From Terrimicrobiaceae bacterium (lineage in GTDB: Bacteria > Verrucomicrobiota > Verrucomicrobiia > Chthoniobacterales > Terrimicrobiaceae), in contig JBGSVZ010000121.1 in NCBI GenBank assembly GCA_041752695.1, positions 1 to 43,362 of the forward strand: 43,362 nucleotides of DNA, written 5' to 3'. The notes under the pieces were generated by a model that saw only the letters and a list, made by a program, of their open reading frames with translations, made no database searches and was not told the DNA's origin. Below, piece by piece: positions 36,567 through 43,362 of this stretch. Positions within the stretch are counted from its first letter, which is position 1. Each line of letters opens with the position of its first letter. Both the position numbers and the translations under genes were made by a program.

Positions 36567-36605
36567 CCGTTTTCAGCACCTCAGCATTTCCGCTTTTCTT
36601 AGACC

Positions 36606-37844
36606 ATGGCCCACCTCAATTCGCACTACTTAAAACTCAAAGCCGGCTACCTCTTCCCCGAGATCACCCGCCGCGTCAAGGCGTTCACCGACGCCCACCC
36701 CGCCGCGGCGGCCCGCCTCATTCGCTGTGGCATTGGTGACGTCACCGAGCCCCTCCCCCTGGCCGTGCGCGAAGCCATGCACAAGGCGGTGGACGAACTT
36801 GGCGAGCGCTCCGGCTTCCGCGGCTACGGACCCGAACAGGGCTACGAATTTCTCCGCCAAGCCATCGCGGAAAACGACTATCGCTCCAAGGGCCTCGACG
36901 TGGCCGACGACGAGATCTTTGTTTCCGACGGTTCCAAATGCGACTGCGCCAATATTCTCGATGTCCTCGGTGACACCAACCGCATCGCGGTGATGGACCC
37001 CGTCTATCCCGTCTATGTGGACACCAACGTCATGGCCGGCCACACCGGATCGGCCGACGACGCCGGGACCTACGAAGGCCTCCTCTACCTGCCCTGCACG
37101 GCGGAAAATGGTTTCATGCCCGACGTGCCTGCGGAAAAGGCCGACGTCGTTTACCTTTGCTCGCCCAACAATCCCACCGGTGCGGTGGCCACCCGCGAGC
37201 GCTTGGAAAAATGGGTCGCCTACGCCCTCGAGCACAACGCGATCTTGCTCTACGACGCGGCCTACGAGGCTTACATCACCGAACCCGGAGTGCCCCACTC
37301 CATCTACGAAATTCCCGGAGCGCGCCGGTGCGCCATCGAGTTCCGCAGTTTCTCCAAGAGCGGGGGCTTCACAGGCGTGCGTTGCGCATTCACCGTCGTG
37401 CCGAAGGACCTCCTCTGCACGACTTCCGACGGCAAAAAGAAAGCGCTCCACCCCCTGTGGAACCGACGCTTCAGCACAAAGTTCAACGGCGTTTCTTACG
37501 TGACCCAGCGCGGGGCCGAGGCCATCTACTCGCCGGAGGGCAAAGCCGAAGTCACCGCACTCGTCTCCCATTACATGGGCAACGCAGCGATTCTCCGCGA
37601 CGCTGTCACGGCGAGCGGCCTGACCGTTTTCGGTGGCGTCAACGCGCCCTACATCTGGGTGCGCGGTCCGCAGGGAATCACAAGCTGGGAGATTTTCGAC
37701 AAGGTTCTTCAGGAAGCCAACATCGTCATCACCCCCGGCTCCGGCTTCGGCAGCAAGGGCGAAGGCTACTTCCGCATCTCCGCCTTCAACAGCCGGGCGA
37801 ACGCCGAGGAAGCCGCGAAGCGCTTCCGGATGCTGGGTTGGTAA
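36606..37844 (+). CDS. dapL: LL-diaminopimelate aminotransferase
   Basis: 'AGYLFPEI', 'GIGDVTEPL', 'GYGPEQGY', 'FVSDGSKCD', 'CSPNNPTG', '[13 protein letters not shown]', '[17 protein letters not shown]'. Confidence 0.95.
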   Translation: MAHLNSHYLKLKAGYLFPEITRRVKAFTDAHPAAAARLIRCGIGDVTEPLPLAVREAMHKAVDELGERSGFRGYGPEQGYEFLRQAIAENDYRSKGLDVADDEIFVSDGSKCDCANILDVLGDTNRIAVMDPVYPVYVDTNVMAGHTGSADDAGTYEGLLYLPCTAENGFMPDVPAEKADVVYLCSPNNPTGAVATRERLEKWVAYALEHNAILLYDAAYEAYITEPGVPHSIYEIPGARRCAIEFRSFSKSGGFTGVRCAFTVVPKDLLCTTSDGKKKALHPLWNRRFSTKFNGVSYVTQRGAEAIYSPEGKAEVTALVSHYMGNAAILRDAVTASGLTVFGGVNAPYIWVRGPQGITSWEIFDKVLQEANIVITPGSGFGSKGEGYFRISAFNSRANAEEAAKRFRMLGW

Positions 37845-37866
37845 CGCGCCAACCGGAGCGGAGGAC

Positions 37867-38000
37867 GTAGCGGAAAACGTAGCGGAAAACGTAAGTTTTC
37901 CGAAATTCCATTGCTTGCAGGCTCCGGCCTGGATCCGCATCATCACAACGATGGATGCCCGAGATTCTGACGCAGACGGAAAACTCACGGTTTCCGCCGC
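37867..38000. repeat. GTAG-type REP pair upstream of / inside the start of RAYT-1
   Basis: GTAG-CGGAAAAC-GTAA-GTTTTCCG at 37879-37902, preceded by a 12-nt partial duplicate at 37867-37878. An inverted variant lies at 37977-38000 (reverse complement GCGGCGGAAACCGTGAGTTTTCCG). Confidence 0.85.
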
Positions 38001-38550
38001 GGCGCAGGCTCGCGACTATCTGCGACGGCTTGCTCCCGAATCCTACCGCGGGCAGGCGTTCGTCCATTGGACAATGGCGATCGAGGGCCGACGCACAGGC
38101 TGGCTAACGGAGTCCTTCCATCTTCGCTGGCGGGAAGCGCTTCTCCATACCCTTGCCCGATACGACTTGGCCTGCCCCGCCTACGTTCTCATGCCAGATC
38201 ATTGGCACATCCTGTGGATCGGATTGCGCGAAAACTCCGACCAACGCAAAGCCGCCAAGTTTTTCCGGGAACATGCAGGCAAGCTTTTGCAATCGGCAGG
38301 ATGCGAGCTCCAAAAACAAGCTCACGACCATGTCTTGCGTGGGAAAGACCGAGCCCGGGACGCCTTTGCGCACGCCGCCCACTACATCCTCGCAAACCCC
38401 GAAAGGGCCGACCTCGTCGCAAACTGGACGACCTACCCCTATCTCGGAGCGATTACGACCGGATACCCGTCTTTCAATCCTCGCGCCAGTGACTATTGGG
38501 ACCGTTTCTGGAAAATCCACGAGACGCAGATCCGCAACGAAAATCCGTAG
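37951..38550 (+). mobile_element. REP-associated tyrosine transposase (RAYT/TnpA-REP, HUH Y1 family), short type
   Basis: 'AYVLMPDHWH' (HUH), 'Q..HDHVLR', catalytic 'YILANPERA', 'WTTYPY'. ATG at 37951; flanked by REPs. Confidence 0.88.
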
Positions 38551-38594
38551 TTTTCTGTCCCTTCAGCCTCCGGAAAACTCACGTTTCCCGCTAC
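38534..38594. repeat. REP pair downstream of RAYT-1
   Basis: 38571-38594, reverse complement, is GTAGCGGGAAACGTGAGTTTTCCG. A degenerate + copy GCAACGAAAATCCGTAGTTTTCTG lies at 38534-38557. Confidence 0.75.
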
Positions 38595-39387
38595 GCACCT
38601 CTCCCGGCCTCCACCCCGCTTCGCGCAGCGCCCGCAGACTCAACGCCGCATCGCGTTTCGCGAGGCGGCGGCCGTCGGCGTCGCGCACCAGCGGACAATG
38701 ATAAAACCGCGGAGGCTCCGCCCCCAGTGCCCGATAAAGTAGCAACTGCCGGGCAGTGGAGGTCAGCAGATCCTCACCGCGCACCACCTCGGTGATTCCC
38801 ATCGCAAGGTCATCCACCACGACCGCCAGTTCGTAAGCGGGAACATCCTCGCGATTCCAAACCAGAAAATCCCCGAAGTCTTTCTGCCCCGTCCGCGCCA
38901 CCCGGCCCACCGCTCCATCCACAAACGAAAGCAACTCCCCCTCGGGCACACGAAACCGCCAGTTGACTCCGCCCGGTACGGAGAAATTCTCCGCTTCGGT
39001 CGTCGGAGTCCGCCACTCCAAAGGAAAAACCGGCTCCTCTTCGTGGGGCGCGAGCGAAGCTTCCGCCACATCCTTGCGCGACCGCGTGCAGGGATAGAGA
39101 AACCCTGCCTCCTTCAATTGTCGCCACGCCTCCCGATAAAATGTCCGGCGCCCACTTTGCTCCACTGGCCCCTCATCCCAAGACAAGCCGAGCCAGCGGA
39201 GATCCTCCATCGCCGCATCCGCAAACTCCGGCTTGCACCGCCGAGGATCAAGGTTTTCCGTGCGATAAACCAGCGTCCCCCCCGCCTCACGCGCCCTCTG
39301 GAACGCAGTCCAAAACGTCGCCGCGTGGCCGAGATGCAGCAATCCGGTCGGCGTCGGCGCAATCCGCCCGCGATAGCCACTCAGCAT
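38563..39387 (-). CDS. gluQ: Glutamyl-Q tRNA(Asp) synthetase
   Basis: 'YRGRIAPTPTGLLHLGH', zinc-site 'YPCTRSRKD', 'YELAVVVDD', 'VVRGEDL', 'RLAKR'; no anticodon-binding domain. ATG at 39387. Confidence 0.9.
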   Translation of the reverse strand: MLSGYRGRIAPTPTGLLHLGHAATFWTAFQRAREAGGTLVYRTENLDPRRCKPEFADAAMEDLRWLGLSWDEGPVEQSGRRTFYREAWRQLKEAGFLYPCTRSRKDVAEASLAPHEEEPVFPLEWRTPTTEAENFSVPGGVNWRFRVPEGELLSFVDGAVGRVARTGQKDFGDFLVWNREDVPAYELAVVVDDLAMGITEVVRGEDLLTSTARQLLLYRALGAEPPRFYHCPLVRDADGRRLAKRDAALSLRALREAGWRPGEVRSGKREFSGG

Positions 39388-39405
39388 TTTGCCCAGCCGT
39401 TCAGC

Positions 39406-39463
39406 GTTGGAGTTCACGCTTTAGCGTGCGCCTTCCCGAGCAGCCTAAAGGCTGGACTCCAAC
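39406..39463. repeat. 58-bp REP doublet (REPIN-like), copy 2, intergenic
   Basis: GTTGGAGTTCACGCTTTAGCGTG-CGCCTTCCCGAG-CAGCCTAAAGGCTGGACTCCAAC; both arms are identical to those at 1587-1644. Confidence 0.9.
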
Positions 39464-39508
39464 GCCAGCAATTCACCCACCTCGGCAACTTTGGCATCGT
39501 GCATCCCA

Positions 39509-40846
39509 TCAGCATCGCGCCCAACCATTCAGTAGTTCCGCAAGAACCCTCGCCCCGAGGTCCAGATGCGCCAGAGGATACGACTCGTTCGGCGCATGGG
39601 CCTGACAATCCGCCAAGCCCAACCCGGCCAAAACGACCGGCACCCCCAACTCCCGCGCCAAGAGCGTGGCCACGGGAATACTCAACCCCTCCCGCGTCAG
39701 CGCCGGTTCCCGCCCAAAGACCGCCGTGAGGCTTTCCCCCGCAGACTGGAGAAAAGCATTTCCCGGCGGCACGTAAAACGGCAGGCCTCCGTGATCATAA
39801 GACACCTCCCCCCGCACGCCCTCGCGGATAAACTGCTCGTCAAACCACGCCGCCACCTGCGCCGCAATCGCCTCGGGTTCCTGGTGGGGCACCAGCCGGA
39901 AACTCAACTTCGCACTCGCTGAAGACGGGATAATGGTCTTGCTGCCCGCACCCTGATATCCACTGGTCAGCCCGTTGATTTCCGCAGTGGGTCGCACCCA
40001 GACTTTTTCGACCGGGGCATAGCCCGTTTCTCCAGCCGTCGGGGCAATGCCCGTGGCCTCGGCGAACCAGCCCTCGTCCCACGGCAACGCGCCCCAACTC
40101 TGCCGCTCGACCTCCTCGGGAGAAATCACGGCGTCATAAAATCCCGGAATGACAATGTGCCCTTTTTCGTCATGCAGCCGCGCCAGAATGCGCGCCAAAA
40201 CCAACGCCGGATTCGGCGTCGGTCCACCAAATATCCCCGAATGCAAATCCGCCCGCGGACCAAAAACCGTCACTTCCATGCAGGCAATACCGCGCAGGCC
40301 CAGGGTGATGGCCGGCCAGCCCGGCTCGACCATGCTGGTGTCGGAAATCAACACGACTTCGCATTCCAACACATCGCGATTCTCCGCCAGGAATTTCCCC
40401 AGATTCGGGCTGCCCACCTCCTCTTCGCCTTCGAGCAAGAGAATCAGATTCACCGGCAGTTCCCCCTGATCCAGCAGCCGCTTCAAACCAATCAAATGGG
40501 AAAACGTCTGCCCCTTATTGTCCGTCGCGCCGCGCGCAAAAATCATGCCCTCGCGGATCGCAGGCTCAAAAGGCGGAGACTCCCAAAGTTCCAGCGGCTC
40601 CGCCGGTTGCACATCATAGTGGCCATACAGCAGAACCGTGCGTCGCCCCTCGCGGCGTGCCGTGCGTGCCAGCACCACCGGAGCGCCTCCCGTTTCCCGA
40701 CAGTCCACCTCAAGGCCCCAGCCTGCCAGCAATTGTCCCAGCCATTCCGCACAAGCGCGCACGTCGTCGGCACGCGTGGGGTCTGCGCTTATCGAGGGGA
40801 AACGCAGATATTCGAAAAACAAATCCAGCTCTTCTTGGTGGTTCAT
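39509..40846 (-). CDS. M20 family metallo-dipeptidase (Dug1/DapE-like)
   Basis: 'LYGHYDVQP', 'ARGATDNKGQ', 'EGEEEVGS', 'DLHSG', 'AHAPNE'. ATG at 40846. Confidence 0.92.
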   Translation of the reverse strand: MNHQEELDLFFEYLRFPSISADPTRADDVRACAEWLGQLLAGWGLEVDCRETGGAPVVLARTARREGRRTVLLYGHYDVQPAEPLELWESPPFEPAIREGMIFARGATDNKGQTFSHLIGLKRLLDQGELPVNLILLLEGEEEVGSPNLGKFLAENRDVLECEVVLISDTSMVEPGWPAITLGLRGIACMEVTVFGPRADLHSGIFGGPTPNPALVLARILARLHDEKGHIVIPGFYDAVISPEEVERQSWGALPWDEGWFAEATGIAPTAGETGYAPVEKVWVRPTAEINGLTSGYQGAGSKTIIPSSASAKLSFRLVPHQEPEAIAAQVAAWFDEQFIREGVRGEVSYDHGGLPFYVPPGNAFLQSAGESLTAVFGREPALTREGLSIPVATLLARELGVPVVLAGLGLADCQAHAPNESYPLAHLDLGARVLAELLNGWARC

Positions 40847-40994
40847 GCCGACACAAAGGGTGCCGTAAACCTCACGGAAGCGAAACCCGAAATTCCACGA
40901 TACCGGCATTGCAGACATCCAGGCAAACGCATCAAATTTCAGAAATGTGTGGCCTGAAGGGGTCAGCCGCCGATTGATTTCCGAATCCGCTTGT

Positions 40995-41016
40995 AATATG
41001 TCAGATACGACATATT
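40995..41016. promoter_or_regulatory. Palindromic operator of the toxin-antitoxin operon
   Basis: Perfect 8-bp inverted repeat AATATGTC-AGATAC-GACATATT immediately upstream of the toxin start. Confidence 0.7.
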
Positions 41017-41029
41017 TATGATTTCCTCG

Positions 41030-41383
41030 ATGAGCAAACCGCTGCGATGGATGGCACCCGGAGTGAAAACTCCACCCATGAGCGCGGAGGCACGTAGAGA
41101 GATCGGCTTTCTGCTTCGACAATTGCAGGAGGGCGAATCCCTTTCGCTGCCTCAATCACGCCCAATGCCATCCATCGGGAAAGCTTGCCACGAGCTTCGG
41201 GTGAATGACCGTAACAAGACGTGGCGTTTGTTTTATCGCATCGATCCTGACGCCATTGTGATTCTCGAAGTGAACGAAAAGAAAACCCAGACAACCCGAA
41301 AATCAACCATCGATCTCTGTCAAAACCGTCTCAAAAGCTATGAAGAAGCCAAAAACCGATCGTTCCGAAAAATCAAAAGCTGA
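41030..41383 (+). CDS. Type II TA toxin, RelE/ParE superfamily (phage gp49/DUF891-like, HigB-like)
   Basis: 'VKTPPMSAEARREIGFLLRQLQEG...LPQSRPMPSIG..CHELRV.D...WRLFYRID..AIVILEV..KKTQTT'. An alternative start lies at 41018. Confidence 0.88.
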   Translation: MSKPLRWMAPGVKTPPMSAEARREIGFLLRQLQEGESLSLPQSRPMPSIGKACHELRVNDRNKTWRLFYRIDPDAIVILEVNEKKTQTTRKSTIDLCQNRLKSYEEAKNRSFRKIKS

Positions 41384-41660
41384 AAACTCGGAATGGGTGG
41401 AAGGTTCCGTGCAAAATTTCCTTTCCCTGTCGGATGCGGAAATGGAACTCATCGAAACCCGACTCGCAGCCAGCCGCTTATTGAAGGCCGTCCGGCAACA
41501 ACAAAAGCTGACTCAAGAAGCCGTCGCTGCCAAATTGCACACCAGCCAATCCCGGTTGGCCAAAATGGAGGCCGGAGATTCCTCTGTCTCCCTGGACCTT
41601 CTGTTTAAGTCTCTATTTTCTCTGGGAGTAAGCCGGAAAAAACTCGCCTCTGTTTTTTGA
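41340..41660 (+). CDS. XRE/HTH antitoxin (HigA-like)
   Basis: 'W..GSVQNFL.LSDAE', HTH 'LTQEAVAAKLHTSQSRLAKMEAGDSSVSLDLL'. It overlaps the toxin, with toxin-first order. Confidence 0.88.
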   Translation: MKKPKTDRSEKSKAENSEWVEGSVQNFLSLSDAEMELIETRLAASRLLKAVRQQQKLTQEAVAAKLHTSQSRLAKMEAGDSSVSLDLLFKSLFSLGVSRKKLASVF

Positions 41661-41680
41661 ATTTCCGCGCCCTCAAATGT

Positions 41681-41750
41681 GCATGATTTTGCTGCCCGAC
41701 CCCTGGTTTTCTCAATCCCTAAGGAACTGGGTCAGGCTGCATTTTCTTGC
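41681..41750. repeat. Back-to-back GGGGTCAG-type terminal repeats between the TA module and RAYT-2
   Basis: 41681-41703, reverse complement, is GGGGTCGGGCAGCAAAATCATGC. 41728-41750 on + is TGGGTCAGGCTGCATTTTCTTGC. Confidence 0.75.
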
Positions 41751-42775
41751 TTCTTTAGGAACCCCTGAAGCGTCTCCGGCAGTTCCTTCATGTCTCTCTT
41801 GCCGCGGTGCAGTGCCAAGCTCACGTTCGCTGCGTGCCGCATTTTCAATCGGTCTGCGATCCAGCCCTGCGACACGGTGGTCCGTCCCCAAATGACCCCA
41901 GCGATTGCGACTTTCCTTTTCTCGTTTGCGGGTAGCTCTTCTAAGTCCTTCTTCCGCAATCCAGCCGCCGACATTCCTTCCTTCAACAATCTTTCCGCCT
42001 CCTTCTCCCCGTGCGCCAGCCGTTCTTTGCTTCTGCTATAAGCCCGGGAATTCGCTTTACCCACGATCTCTCTGGCTCCTTCTAGATTTTTCTCCGCAAA
42101 CTCCTGACTGCCCCAATACCAGCCGCGTCGAAGATGGCTTCGCCTCCCGTCCGTTCCATCCTCCACCGGCACGAATCCGCTCTTCTTCCCCTCTTCCCTT
42201 GCCCTACGATCCAGATTTTCCACCATTTCCTTCCTGCCCTTCGCCGTGTCCGCATATCCCAGCACCCCGAAAGCCTCGTCCGCGGCCAACCATTTCGGCC
42301 TCAGCTGCGGCATCAACGCGTATCCCCCGGCCACACTGCTCCACCGGTAATCCAAAATACTCCCTCCCTCTCGCACTCTCACCAATCCCGCACGCGCCGG
42401 ATTGAGATGCACGTAGTCCCAAAGGCTCATGTAGTAATTGGCTACTCTGCCCTCCACCAGAACGGACTTATACCGGTCTCCAAACAACCGGCCCCATTTC
42501 CCGTGCCGCACGTTAAATCTCCTCGTCACCGTATTCTGCAGCCACTTCATCCCGACCACCAGATTGGCTTCGGGCGTTTCGATAAACAGATGGTAATGAT
42601 TACCCATCAACACCCACGCGTGCACCCGCCAACCCGTCCTCTCGCAACACTCCGACAAACACGCCAGAAAGAATCTCCGGTCGTCATCGTCCTTGAAGAT
42701 CGCCTTCCGCTGGTTCCCTCTCGCCATGACGTGATAGAAGGCCCCCTCAAACTCAATTCTTACGCTTCTTGCCAT
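41732..42775 (-). mobile_element. HUH Y1 tyrosine transposase (RAYT-like, long type with C-terminal HTH)
   Basis: 'MARSVRIEFEGAFYHVMARGN', HUH 'VLMGNHYHL', 'GRLFGDRYKS', catalytic 'DYVHLNPARA', 'YRWSS', and C-terminal HTH 'SQGWIADRLKMRHAANVS'. ATG at 42775. Confidence 0.92.
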
Positions 42776-42818
42776 GCCCCATTTCAACCTCTTGTCGCCG
42801 CGTTCGACAAGGCATTTT

Positions 42819-42841
42819 GCAAGGATATGCACACTGACCCC
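42819..42841 (-). repeat. Upstream terminal inverted repeat of RAYT-2
   Basis: Reverse complement GGGGTCAGTGTGCATATCCTTGC, 18/23 identical to 41728-41750 and inverted relative to it. Confidence 0.8.
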
Positions 42842-43308
42842 TAGTTTCCCCCGCCGGGCCTCGATCGTCGCAGCGGCAACGGCGCGTTGATCTCGGGGTA
42901 TTGGCGGCGGCGTCCAAAGGCTGCCGAGCTCGTTGACCTCGCAACCGCGCTCCGCCGTCACCAAGCAATGGCAGCCGTCCATAGCAGGCCGGAGAAGACG
43001 CCCGATCTGCGCGAACACGCGGTTGGCCGGCCTGCCTGATTCCGCCGAAGGCGGCACACGCTCACGCCCCGCGCTTGCGTTGGTGCGCGTTCGTGGTGGT
43101 GAGAGGATTTTCGACGGCTGGGAGGTTGAAGGATTTCTCTTCTCTCCTAGTCGTCTTTTCCCCTCTCAAAAACATCTCACTCTCTCTAGCCACGCGGCAA
43201 TGAGCGCCGCCGGAGGCTCGTAAACACTGCCTTCGGCGGCGGGCAAGGCTCTCCTTGGCTCCGGGCCTTGACTGCCGCCGAACACTTTTTCCGGGTCGGG
43301 GGTGGCAA

Positions 43309-43356
43309 GCAAAGCCCGCGCCAACCCCGACTTGTCGGGGTTGGCGCGGGCTTTGC
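43309..43356. repeat. Perfect 23-bp-arm palindrome
   Basis: GCAAAGCCCGCGCCAACCCCGAC-TT-GTCGGGGTTGGCGCGGGCTTTGC. Confidence 0.9.
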
Positions 43357-43362
43357 CAGGGC

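Noticed and set aside
37867..37902. CRISPR-like or VNTR repeat
   Set aside because: It is only a 12-nt duplication of a REP 5' half, with no spacers and no cas genes in the window.
37633..37950. N-terminal extension of RAYT-1 overlapping dapL
   Set aside because: It is an alternative-frame run-through over dapL and the REPs; ATG 37951 is the plausible start.
40847..41155. Extended N-terminus of the M20 peptidase
   Set aside because: It overlaps the TA promoter and toxin on the opposite strand; homology-like sequence begins at MNHQEELD (40846).
42776..43057. Extended N-terminus of RAYT-2, and a Pol I-like peptide (FGRRRQYPEINA) in another minus frame
   Set aside because: The family N-terminus is MAR..R at 42775. 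The Pol I-like match is too short and lacks flanking similarity, so it is probably chance.

Overview
High-GC bacterial chromosomal segment, most likely Verrucomicrobia (Chthoniobacterales/Terrimicrobium-like). This is inferred from the PEP-CTERM protein, the type IV pilin-like protein with a DGH tail, the MoxR-DUF58-BatA/vWA operon and dapL. Left to right: a minus-strand MoxR AAA/DUF58/BatA-vWA/coiled-coil operon running off the left edge; rpmA-rplU; tRNA-Leu(GAG); a ferritin-like DUF455 + ATP-grasp fusion; a ClC transporter; an SDR; an Hpt protein; a flavin amine oxidase; a PduO-type adenosyltransferase; D-lactate dehydrogenase; a SusCD-free carbohydrate locus (XylR/AraC regulator, PEP-CTERM beta-strand-repeat protein, pilin-like protein, beta-propeller GH, LamG-like protein, GH16 with an apparently circularly permuted F5/8 insert, clan GH-A enzyme); marR-tolC-pgeF-GNAT; a NodB deacetylase; LysR; yggS; a Lon-N protein; sodA; dapL; gluQ; an M20 peptidase; a RelE/HigBA-like toxin-antitoxin pair; and two different HUH-Y1 (RAYT-type) transposases. 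The most unusual signal is a set of small repeats. (i) GTAG-REPs bracket the first RAYT. (ii) GGGGTCAG-type inverted repeats bracket the second RAYT and probably the adjacent TA module, giving a cassette-like array. (iii) A 58-bp REP doublet occurs twice, and one copy sits in-frame in a signal peptide. (iv) CAC(T/G)AAT-triplet inverted-repeat elements occur twice, and one supplies the stop codons of two convergent genes. All calls are from reading motifs by eye; no database searches were run.
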